Shown: positions 1 to 9,480 of the stretch, in pieces
Layout: each line of letters starts with the position of its first letter
How positions within the stretch are numbered: the stretch's first letter is position 1
Source of the DNA: Asterionella formosa
Taxonomy: Eukaryota
Reading direction: 5' to 3'
NCBI GenBank assembly: GCA_002256025.1
Contig: NKIB01014098.1
Coordinates: 1 to 47,776, forward strand
Length of the DNA: 47,776 bases
The notes under the pieces: model-generated
Seen by the model: only the letters and a program-made list of their open reading frames with translations
Told to the model about the DNA's origin: nothing
Databases searched by the model: none
Made by a program: the position numbers and the translations under genes

Positions 1-413
1 CTTATGATAGTATTGACTCCTAAACAACGAATAGAAAGCAACTCCCAAAAACAAGTTCTGTCTAGACAATGAGTAACGAAAAAGGTCATTCTTGATTACA
101 TGTGCTGCTGTAAATTTTTGAGTTCATATCTATACCAAGTGTAGCTTGACGATGATTCAGGTGTATAACAGGCGTATCCATTCTTTGAGGGATTCCACAT
201 GCGTTTTTGCTCGTAAATAGTTTGTCATCGAGAGCTGCTTGAACTTTGGTATAGCGGTGAACGACGGCTTGAAAATGTGCCCCGAAATTACGGTTGAAAT
301 GCCTGCTATAAGTAAAATGGAAGAACAGAGAGACACCGACATGGACATTGTAGGCTTTGGATCTGAAGACACTTTTGAAGCAAAGATTGAAGATTGAAAA
401 TAAAGCCATTGAT

Positions 414-1634
414 TTACAAATGTGTTGACTTCAGGTGGTTGGACCTTTCCATCGCGACTTTCTCGTTGCTCGTGTCGGCTCCACTCTCAACCTCCTTTTG
501 CTGTGGCGTAATATCGCGTTCCACCGCCATGGCAGTGCTGGCATCCATTCGATCTAAATTCAATTTCCGTCGTTGAATTTTCCTCGTCCACACTTTAACT
601 GACCGAAGATTTTTTTTCGTCACATCGACGATATTTTGAGCGTCAGAAGAATATTTTTCCGTCCCCCGCACGAGCCTATCTACATCTTTCAACATTTCCC
701 CAATTTCTGAACGCATGTCTGCTGTTTTTTGCTGCAATGACATCCCTCGAACAACACCACGGAGGGTCGTCAAGACCGCCATGAGCGTAGTGGGGCAAGC
801 AATCCACACACGATGTCGATTGGCTTCTTGCCAAATGGCCGGAAAGTCTTGCACTAATTGGGCAAAGAGGGACTCGGAAGGAAGAAATAAAATGGCACAA
901 TCCGCCGTTTCTCCGGGGATGATATACTTGTAGGCAATATCCTTAATGTGCTTTCGAAAAGAGTCTTCCACCTTTAGGCGGAGAGCCTTTTCCGAATCAG
1001 GACGGGACGTATTATTTTCCGAGGAGGTTTGTTCCATACATTCATTGAGTTCCAAGAAAGATTCCAATGGGAACTTTGAGTCAATGGCCAGGGATCCAAT
1101 TGGTGATGGGAGATACAATATACAGTCGGGTCGTTTACCATTGGATAGTGTGTATTGAAAGTCGTATGACCCTTGGTGCATAGCATCACAAATAATGGCT
1201 TCTAAATGAAGCTCTCCGAAAGTGCCTCGCCTTTTAGGGGATGTGAAAATTCGCACCAAGTGCTCCACTTGGAGTGTCATGGTCTGCAACTCTTGTCTAA
1301 CCGATTGGATGGGAACTAATCGATCTTGAATGATCTGGTAGTGACTTGCCAGTCGCTTCCCAATTTCACGTTCTTGGGATTGTAGGGACGTAACAAAGTG
1401 GTTAGTCGTGGTAAGTAGTGATTCCTCTACTTTTTTGCTAATGTCTTGATGAATGTCACGTCTTAGCGCTTGTGTCATGTCTCGCATCATTTTCGACACT
1501 GAGGCTGTTTGATCCGCAATGAGGGCCGTATTGGTCCTCGGGAACCGCCCTCGGGAGGCCACCATCAGTATCCCACCACATGCCGCTCCCACAACTGCAG
1601 CGCCCACGACAGTAGAAGACTCATGATTACTCAT
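414..1634 (-). CDS. rmuC: RmuC-family DNA recombination protein (PD-(D/E)XK nuclease fold with N-terminal hydrophobic anchor and coiled coil)
   Basis: Uninterrupted ORF with RmuC motifs RGTFGELHLE, RPDCILYLP, IDSKFPLE, KYIIPGETADCAILFLPSESLF and VWIACPTTLMAVL. First in-frame ATG is at 1634; the ORF track starts at a TTG at 1655 and an in-frame TGA lies at 1662-1664. Confidence 0.88.
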   Translation of the reverse strand: MSNHESSTVVGAAVVGAACGGILMVASRGRFPRTNTALIADQTASVSKMMRDMTQALRRDIHQDISKKVEESLLTTTNHFVTSLQSQEREIGKRLASHYQIIQDRLVPIQSVRQELQTMTLQVEHLVRIFTSPKRRGTFGELHLEAIICDAMHQGSYDFQYTLSNGKRPDCILYLPSPIGSLAIDSKFPLESFLELNECMEQTSSENNTSRPDSEKALRLKVEDSFRKHIKDIAYKYIIPGETADCAILFLPSESLFAQLVQDFPAIWQEANRHRVWIACPTTLMAVLTTLRGVVRGMSLQQKTADMRSEIGEMLKDVDRLVRGTEKYSSDAQNIVDVTKKNLRSVKVWTRKIQRRKLNLDRMDASTAMAVERDITPQQKEVESGADTSNEKVAMERSNHLKSTHL

Positions 1635-2284
1635 GTTGTTGATGTCAATTGACAAAGTTGTTCAACTGACATGGGGAACTGAAATAATGTGATGATTGTG
1701 AGAGAACGAAAGCTTGACAACGCAGCATGGCGCTCCTTCCTTTGCATAATAATGCAAGAAATTACCGTTCGCCTATACTTAGTCATCTGTAGAGGCGTTC
1801 TTGTTGTTTTAATGAATACGGTAGACGAGTCGCTCCATATATCATGCCCATGGGGGGTTTTTTGTCTGTCGAGCATATTACTTACTACCGGTACAGCTAC
1901 TTTCTGGTTAACACACGTATCGGTACATGAAGAGATTTGGGGGTTTTAAAATCTACAGTGGAACCTCCCTACAAGATTTACACTGTTTGCTCCGTCTGGT
2001 ATTGCACGTTTTGTGCGCAGCCAACTTTTCAGTTTCGACGCAATCCCAATGGATTGTCTCAATGCATGCCAGACGAGATAGGCTGGCTTTTCATTCCAAA
2101 CTCTCTCAAGTAACTTTCTTCCATGTTAGATTATCATTCATTACATCCAAGTTGTGTTCTGATAATAGAAATCGTGTTCACTACTGCTATTGGTAAGAAT
2201 GGTATTCAATAACTGGCTGGATGATGATGGTTGCTTTGTTGCTAATGGAATTCACCAATAAAAAATATCAGTAACTTTAGTTGA

Positions 2285-2352
2285 GTCAGCAAATTCTAAT
2301 TGTTGTCAGCAAGTTCTAGTCATTGTCAGCAGATCTCTAGTCTTATCAGTAA
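2285..2352. repeat. Short tandem repeat, ~20-bp unit x ~3.5
   Basis: GTCAGCA(A/G)...CTA(A/G)T units start at 2285, 2305 and 2325, with a degenerate one near 2345. Confidence 0.7.
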
Positions 2353-2806
2353 AGCATAAACAAAAGAGTCATTTCGAAAATGTCAATGGACTATTCATCG
2401 AAAAATAGAGAACCAAAAAACATCATTCGACCTACAGATTGCCATAGTGTAGCGTGCTGTGTACTGTAAAAGTGTCAAATCTGTTCGTAACTTCATCGTT
2501 TTGAATTGTGGATCATCTAAACTATGTGAAGCAATGCGAAATTGACGACTTCAATTTTCGATGTCAATATTAGTGTTATTACAATCATTTTTTAACAATT
2601 TTATTATCCATGTTGTGTTTGGTATATTTACCAGATAGCACAGCGTTGTTTTGGAGAAATTTGTTGTTTTCGACATGGTCAAGGCGGAGATGGCTGGCAT
2701 GATGCAGGATTCTCCAGCCACACACACAAGAACTACACTCTAGCATTTTATATACAGAAAGAAATCGCAACATCTAAGCTAAATAATTATATACTAACTT
2801 CTATAG

Positions 2807-3541
2807 NNNNNNNNNNNNNNNNNNNNNNNNNNNNNNNNNNNNNNNNNNNNNNNNNNNNNNNNNNNNNNNNNNNNNNNNNNNNNNNNNNNNNNNNNNNNNN
2901 NNNNNNNNNNNNNNNNNNNNNNNNNNNNNNNNNNNNNNNNNNNNNNNNNNNNNNNNNNNNNNNNNNNNNNNNNNNNNNNNNNNNNNNNNNNNNNNNNNNN
3001 NNNNNNNNNNNNNNNNNNNNNNNNNNNNNNNNNNNNNNNNNNNNNNNNNNNNNNNNNNNNNNNNNNNNNNNNNNNNNNNNNNNNNNNNNNNNNNNNNNNN
3101 NNNNNNNNNNNNNNNNNNNNNNNNNNNNNNNNNNNNNNNNNNNNNNNNNNNNNNNNNNNNNNNNNNNNNNNNNNNNNNNNNNNNNNNNNNNNNNNNNNNN
3201 NNNNNNNNNNNNNNNNNNNNNNNNNNNNNNNNNNNNNNNNNNNNNNNNNNNNNNNNNNNNNNNNNNNNNNNNNNNNNNNNNNNNNNNNNNNNNNNNNNNN
3301 NNNNNNNNNNNNNNNNNNNNNNNNNNNNNNNNNNNNNNNNNNNNNNNNNNNNNNNNNNNNNNNNNNNNNNNNNNNNNNNNNNNNNNNNNNNNNNNNNNNN
3401 NNNNNNNNNNNNNNNNNNNNNNNNNNNNNNNNNNNNNNNNNNNNNNNNNNNNNNNNNNNNNNNNNNNNNNNNNNNNNNNNNNNNNNNNNNNNNNNNNNNN
3501 NNNNNNNNNNNNNNNNNNNNNNNNNNNNNNNNNNNNNNNNN
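2807..3541. other. Assembly gap
   Basis: Run of N. Confidence 1.
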
Positions 3542-3799
3542 ACGTGCACTACCGGACCTTCCTGTAAGTATGGCCTTTTTGTATCCTATAGGGAGCCAGG
3601 TGTCTCTTATATGGAGGTTCAACAAGTTAACGCTGTTTTGTACTTACTAAAGTATCAGGTTTTGAAACAAATCATTTGCAGATTATTAAACTTTTGGTTT
3701 TCATTTGGAACAAAAAAATTCGATTGGAGGTTGAATAAATCTAGAATAAGACCTTTGTGTTTTCTGAACAGAGTCAATTATTTCAAGCAATGGAAGCTC

Positions 3800-4662
3800 G
3801 TGTTCAAATAAATCATTTTCTGCTACATATTTACATCAGTAATTTTTAACCAAGCAATCCATCTCGTGCGGTTATAGTTAGGAACTTTATTGGATACATC
3901 ACTGATTGCTGCCATAATACCACCTTTATGCAAGGCACTGTCATCCTCGCTCCTCATCACCTTCATCAACATATTCAGTAACCAAATTCGCAATTAAAGA
4001 TTCAGGACATGGTATTGTATATTTTTGTACATACTAATGAACATCCACTTCTCCAAGCCTCTATATCAGCTCCTTCACTTCAGTTTCAGTTTCCTCTGGT
4101 ACTGACACACATTCGTCATTACATACTAGTACTTTATCAAACCCACAAACTTTAAAGCCTTTTTGAATTGTTTCAGTTGTAAGACTTCCTCAGATGTAAC
4201 CATAAACTTCATTGCATCTATAGCCTGCAATTTCTTAGCCAGATCACACAAACTAGCCAAAAAAAGCTTTCCATTCTTCATCCTTATTTACATCTTCATT
4301 CCCAGACTCTCCACAAATAGCATAGGATTGACATTGTGTCGTTTCTTCCATTTTTCAAGCCAGCCATGATTAGATGCCTTAAAATTATGATATACTTTGA
4401 ATTCTTTGGCAATCAATAAAGCTTTGCTTTGTAGGATTGGTCCACTAATTGGATATCCATTTGTGTGAGCAGTACAAAACCATCTCAACAATACTGTGTT
4501 GATTTCTGTACCACTAGTATTAAGGTGAGCCATTTTCATTGATTGCATCAATTCTCCTTCCGTCATTAAATCCTTCTTCGTTTTCTTTGCTTTTTGAACA
4601 GTTCCAATGCTTATGGCAGGTTTAAAAGCAACCTCCTCAACAGCCTTCTGACATGCATTCAT
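3800..4662 (-). pseudogene. Degenerate pogo/Tigger-type transposase (CENP-B/Tc5 HTH domain)
   Basis: ORF 4288-4662 encodes LLRWFCTAHTNGYPISGPILQSKALLIAKEF...FKASNHGWLEKWKKRHNV, a typical CENP-B-type HTH. Downstream sequence is broken by stops; the lower boundary is approximate. Confidence 0.8.
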
Positions 4663-4704
4663 GTATTTAAATACTCATGCATAATGCAGCATCCCGTACA
4701 TATA

Positions 4705-5420
4705 NNNNNNNNNNNNNNNNNNNNNNNNNNNNNNNNNNNNNNNNNNNNNNNNNNNNNNNNNNNNNNNNNNNNNNNNNNNNNNNNNNNNNNNNNNNNNNNN
4801 NNNNNNNNNNNNNNNNNNNNNNNNNNNNNNNNNNNNNNNNNNNNNNNNNNNNNNNNNNNNNNNNNNNNNNNNNNNNNNNNNNNNNNNNNNNNNNNNNNNN
4901 NNNNNNNNNNNNNNNNNNNNNNNNNNNNNNNNNNNNNNNNNNNNNNNNNNNNNNNNNNNNNNNNNNNNNNNNNNNNNNNNNNNNNNNNNNNNNNNNNNNN
5001 NNNNNNNNNNNNNNNNNNNNNNNNNNNNNNNNNNNNNNNNNNNNNNNNNNNNNNNNNNNNNNNNNNNNNNNNNNNNNNNNNNNNNNNNNNNNNNNNNNNN
5101 NNNNNNNNNNNNNNNNNNNNNNNNNNNNNNNNNNNNNNNNNNNNNNNNNNNNNNNNNNNNNNNNNNNNNNNNNNNNNNNNNNNNNNNNNNNNNNNNNNNN
5201 NNNNNNNNNNNNNNNNNNNNNNNNNNNNNNNNNNNNNNNNNNNNNNNNNNNNNNNNNNNNNNNNNNNNNNNNNNNNNNNNNNNNNNNNNNNNNNNNNNNN
5301 NNNNNNNNNNNNNNNNNNNNNNNNNNNNNNNNNNNNNNNNNNNNNNNNNNNNNNNNNNNNNNNNNNNNNNNNNNNNNNNNNNNNNNNNNNNNNNNNNNNN
5401 NNNNNNNNNNNNNNNNNNNN
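4705..5420. other. Assembly gap
   Basis: Run of N. Confidence 1.
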
Positions 5421-5460
5421 CTTCCACGACATATCGTTGTTTGAACTTCTGAATCTATCG

Positions 5461-7158
5461 ATGATGAGCAGGATCTTCCCCTTGTTAACATTTTTTGGTT
5501 GCACTACGTTCCCTGCTTCTCTCCTAGCATTGAATATATCTCACGACGTTGCGGGCTTGTTTGATGGCGTAGCGATTGGAGGAAAAAATGAAAGCAATCC
5601 AAGCAACTTCGCTCAAGATCGAGTTGTCGGTGGTCAGCAGGCATCCCGAAATGCCTACCCCTTCTTTTCTACAGTGTATTTGCGAGGACAATCTGAATTT
5701 CATTGTGGAGGATCCCTGATCCATAGTGATGTAGTCTTGACGGCAGGTACGTACTTTGCGCTCTCGTTGGCACAAGATTGCAATGTTTTCATCTTGCGTG
5801 ACATCCATTCACGCAACTTTAAAATCTCATCTTTTTCAGCACATTGCAACGACGCCGACGCTTATCATGTGGTTGTCAACGCATATTACAAATATAAAAA
5901 TTATAGTGGTCATTATAACCGTGCTGTCAAAGAATTCATTCCTCATCCCGACTTTGACGGCGATACGAATCAGAATGATTACATGCTGCTGATATTGAAA
6001 ACTCCCGTATACAACATTCAACCAGTTGTACTAAACACAGATTCGAACCTGCCTGAAGACTTCGAGCAGCTCACTGCCATTGGAATGGGAGACACGACGG
6101 GATATGGGATTTACCCTAGCTTCCTTCGAGAAGTTACGGTTACCAATTGGGATGACAATACATGCTATAATTTATTGCGCAGTGATTGGGGAGATAATTG
6201 GTACTTTTCCGACAGTCAATTGTGTGCCAGTGTTAGTGGTGGAGGCAAGGATACATGTCAAGGTGACAGTGGTGGCCCACTTTTAGATGCGAATGGTATG
6301 CAAGTAGGTGTGACGAGTTGGGGAGAGGGATGTGCCGAACCTAATTCTCCAGGAGTATACAGTAGAGTATCTAAAGTTGCTTCGACGTGGATAAAAGATA
6401 CTATTTGTTCACGGTCGCAAAACAAACCATCCTACTGCTTCCCCACGCCACCACAAAGTCCTGCACTATCACTTCCACCAGATTTCTGCTTTTCTGGGGA
6501 AACCACAGTTGCTCTCAAGGACAAATCTGACCCTGTGCACATGAAAGACCTGAAACTAGGCGACGAAGTTCTCACTTGCACTGGAATGTTTGAAACTGTG
6601 TATAGCTTTGGTCATCGTCACGAGACTATGGAAAGTACCTTTCTGCAATTCTTGCCATCCAACCTTGAAATCTCAAAAGACCACATGCTAAAAATAGACG
6701 GGAGATACATTCCTGCTTCTCAAGTTCAAATAGGAGATCAACTCGAGGTCGCAAGCGGGGAGTTTGTAATCATAAAAGGCATTCAAACTGTGATTCGAAA
6801 GGGCGCGTATGCACCGTTCACGGCGTCGGGAACCATCCTAGTGAGCAATATCAAAGTTTCCAATTACATCGCCTTTCAAGATTCAGATTGTCTTGTAATT
6901 GGAAGCTGGAAGACACCACTGACATACCAGTGGTTAGCACACATGTCTCAAGCACCACACCGAATATGGGTTCGCCTCTTTGGAATCAGTGAAACATATT
7001 CAGAAACTGGAATGTCCAGTTGGATCGACGGCCCCCATAAACTTGGATTGATGTTCTTGAGACAGAATTCTGTTGTGATGACAATCCTTTTGATTCCTAT
7101 GTTGTTCTGTGCTCACGTTGTGTTTGCTCTGGATGCAGTCATGTCCTGGGTGATTTAG
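5461..7158 (+). CDS. Secreted trypsin-like (S1) serine protease fused to a Hedgehog-type Hint (Hog) domain and C-terminal hydrophobic tail; exons 5461-5746 and 5840-7158
   Basis: Hydrophobic N-terminus; activation site R|VVGG; TAAHC restored by splicing the GT-AG intron 5747-5839; NDYML; DTCQGDSGGP; VTSWGEGC. A Pro-rich linker follows, then CFSG (Cys at 6487)...DLKLGDEVL...ISKDH...GAYAPFTASGTILVSNIKVSNY, then WLAHMSQAPHR and a hydrophobic tail. The start lies only 40 nt from the gap. Confidence 0.92.
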   Translation: MMSRIFPLLTFFGCTTFPASLLALNISHDVAGLFDGVAIGGKNESNPSNFAQDRVVGGQQASRNAYPFFSTVYLRGQSEFHCGGSLIHSDVVLTAGTYFALSLAQDCNVFILRDIHSRNFKISSFSAHCNDADAYHVVVNAYYKYKNYSGHYNRAVKEFIPHPDFDGDTNQNDYMLLILKTPVYNIQPVVLNTDSNLPEDFEQLTAIGMGDTTGYGIYPSFLREVTVTNWDDNTCYNLLRSDWGDNWYFSDSQLCASVSGGGKDTCQGDSGGPLLDANGMQVGVTSWGEGCAEPNSPGVYSRVSKVASTWIKDTICSRSQNKPSYCFPTPPQSPALSLPPDFCFSGETTVALKDKSDPVHMKDLKLGDEVLTCTGMFETVYSFGHRHETMESTFLQFLPSNLEISKDHMLKIDGRYIPASQVQIGDQLEVASGEFVIIKGIQTVIRKGAYAPFTASGTILVSNIKVSNYIAFQDSDCLVIGSWKTPLTYQWLAHMSQAPHRIWVRLFGISETYSETGMSSWIDGPHKLGLMFLRQNSVVMTILLIPMLFCAHVVFALDAVMSWVI

Positions 7159-8954
7159 ACTGAGGGAACGGATGAGGACTAGCTAGAATTGATCATTATA
7201 TGTAATTTAGAGTGAGATAAGGTGAAACATGAACAGAGCTATTATCTATTCTCGCCTTAAAGTATGACTCAAAAGGCTGTTTCTGTTATCATATGTTCAA
7301 CCGATAATTTCAACCACTCCCCCAGCTATAGACAATACCAGGAATATATAGTATTGAACTGTAATGAAGGAAAAACCGCTACAAAGAATTTCTGGATCCA
7401 TAATTACGGATGACCTACAGGCCAAGCAGGATATATTCTGATACCACAGAATTTGCACCATGTCATCCTTCAGCTTGTCTGGTACAGGTGAATGGATTAT
7501 AATTGGTGCAATTAAATAAGCATCAGTAATAATATAGGATACGATGTACACATCATCCTGTTTTATCCAGTACTTTCAAGGACACTATCATAACAGTTGC
7601 AATGTTCTCTAGGTAGGTGCACTATCCTGCTCGCTTTGATCGCTTTCCCTTTAATAAACTACCAGCCACTAAATGGAATAAATGCACAGCTTGAACTTAG
7701 TTGCAAGATACGCTATTTATTGTTTAACCAACAAGGTGTTGAGACTTCCATACCAAGTTCATTAGCCATGTACACTTCATGTACATTCGGTACAAAACTC
7801 CCATCAAATGAACAGAAAAAATAAAGTTAATTCATTGTATTCTATTTGTTAATGTAGTTGCTATAACAGTATTATTACCAGTCACCATCAAGGAACAACA
7901 ATCAACAACAACATGAGCAATGCCAATGACATTTGGGATGGCAATATCCTTGATGGCTTGAGAGGTATTATCTAACTTCATTTTTATGGCGTCTTAGAAC
8001 TATACTGCTGGTACAGATTAGATTGCAGGGCGCCCCTTGGCGATATAGGTAACTGGGATCAGCCCAACAAACATGGTGAAGCCAGCATCTATGTAGCGGA
8101 GGAAGGTGGATAGTGTTGGATGCCCACTGTCATGAGAACAAGAATGGCAGGAAAAAAATTCTTGATTTGCTCGCCAACCAGAACTCTACCTCTGAATACG
8201 CACTCATTGCGATTATTAGAGTTTGGTGGCCCTTTGAATTAGTTCTTCAGAAGCCCTAATCACCTTGGGAACCCTTCCGACCAAAATTAACTTTGTTTGC
8301 ACCGTTTTTACTTGTACCAGCCAGCCACACCTGAGGTGGTCTAATTTGTCTTTGTTGTGCTTCTTTTTTTTAATCGAAAGATTTCGTAATGGATGATTGT
8401 CCTTGTGCTGCCAGCTTTGCTGAGACCGCATATAAAAACATTTCTTTTTCTTGCATCGTCTACTTTTAATGGTGAGAATCCCAGGCGCATATCAAACCTT
8501 TATTTTTATGTATTTCTCAAATCCTGAGATCCATGGCTAATTAAGCAATATTGGAGTAAGTACTGTCTTGTGGAATGCCTCATTTCTCTCCTTCTGAGCG
8601 TTCATAGCTAGCAACCAGATTTGGTTGGTCGCCATTCTTGACCAACAAATCCCTGTGGCCATGGTTTTCTATTTGCCCTCCTGGGTGTGGATAGTAACTG
8701 CCTGTTTCCATGACTTGCTGAGGTTCCCCGCCCGCATGATTAATTTCATACCAAGATAGGCTTGATCTATGAGTGCCTTGAGAATCATCGCTTTAGTCAA
8801 TTATGCTGGTGTGCAGGGCGCGAAAACAGTTTGAAACTCAGTAGTGTTTCCCGACAATAAATATTTGTAGTAATTTATAAGCACCGGCTATATATTTGAG
8901 AGTCAAAGAACGTCATGCTCAAATTTCGATGATATTTGATCTTACTAGGTTTCT

Positions 8955-9345
8955 GGGGGATTGCTTACAGTAGTTGGATAGCACGCCTTCATAGGTGGCG
9001 GGTTCGATTCGTCTTTCTTTTTCATGTAGTCCCTAGGGTTCCAGGGGTGCGGCTAATGAATTAAAAAAGGCAGTTTGCCATTGTACCACGCACGTGGACA
9101 ATAAAGACCAGTGCAGATCCCCGCCCACCTGCGCCCGAAGTCACCACGTTTGTTTGGATTATCCTGGGTTGGTAAGTAAGTACATAAGTACATGAGGGGC
9201 AGGACTTAGTGGTTAGCACACCCACTGTGGTAGCGGGTTCGATTCCTGCATTCTCCACCTGTCTTTTTCATGTAGTCCCTAGGATTCCGGGGTGTGTGGT
9301 TGACGAAATGACAGGTCCTGTTGTACCGTATGGACGAATAAAGTA
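8955..9345 (+). repeat. Two tandem degenerate tRNA-like/SINE-like units (~8955-9110 and ~9194-9345)
   Basis: Each unit has an A-box-like TAGT(T)GG(A/T)TAGCAC, a B-box GCGGGTTCGATTC and the shared tail TTTTTCATGTAGTCCCTAGG(G/A)TTCC(A/G)GGG...TTGTACC...TGGAC...AATAAAG. Copy 2 forms a T-stem GCGGG/CCTGC, but no intact anticodon arm is present. Confidence 0.6.
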
Positions 9346-9480
9346 CATGAACATCAGCGTTAAATTATTACCTTTTTAGATAGATCTATATCGCTAGACA
9401 AAAGAGGCCATAAATAGAGACGTGCGTTTTTCTTTCGTTTCTATATTCTTTTTCTTGTGAGTTACTATTAAACTAGTTTA

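Larger units (their letters stand above)
1956..3625. mobile_element. Possible pogo/Tc1-type terminal inverted repeat pair spanning the first assembly gap
   Basis: TA|CAGTGGAACCTCCCTACAAGA at 1954-1976 and a degenerate inverted copy (TCTTATATGGAGGTTCAACAAG) at about 3605-3626. The core GAACCTCCnTAnAAGA matches at 14/16. Confidence 0.35.

Noticed and set aside
86..409. Small minus-strand ORFs just downstream of rmuC (operon-like spacing)
   Set aside because: Short, with no recognisable domain; likely 3' UTR. An operon is not supportable in this eukaryotic context.
2285..2352. CRISPR-like appearance of short repeats (also 38461-38540)
   Set aside because: Head-to-tail tandem units without unique spacers, no cas genes, eukaryotic context.
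2794..5504. Long ORFs containing X runs, including the 854-aa version of the trypsin ORF starting at 4594
   Set aside because: Artefacts of translating through N gaps; the supportable trypsin gene starts at 5461.
7900..8800. Possible decayed coding sequence (also 13270-13730 and 35560-35960)
   Set aside because: Stop-riddled with no motif I can assign.
9194..9257. Functional tRNA (His-like GTG) call
   Set aside because: The anticodon arm is truncated and the acceptor stem does not pair properly; treated as a tRNA-derived repeat.
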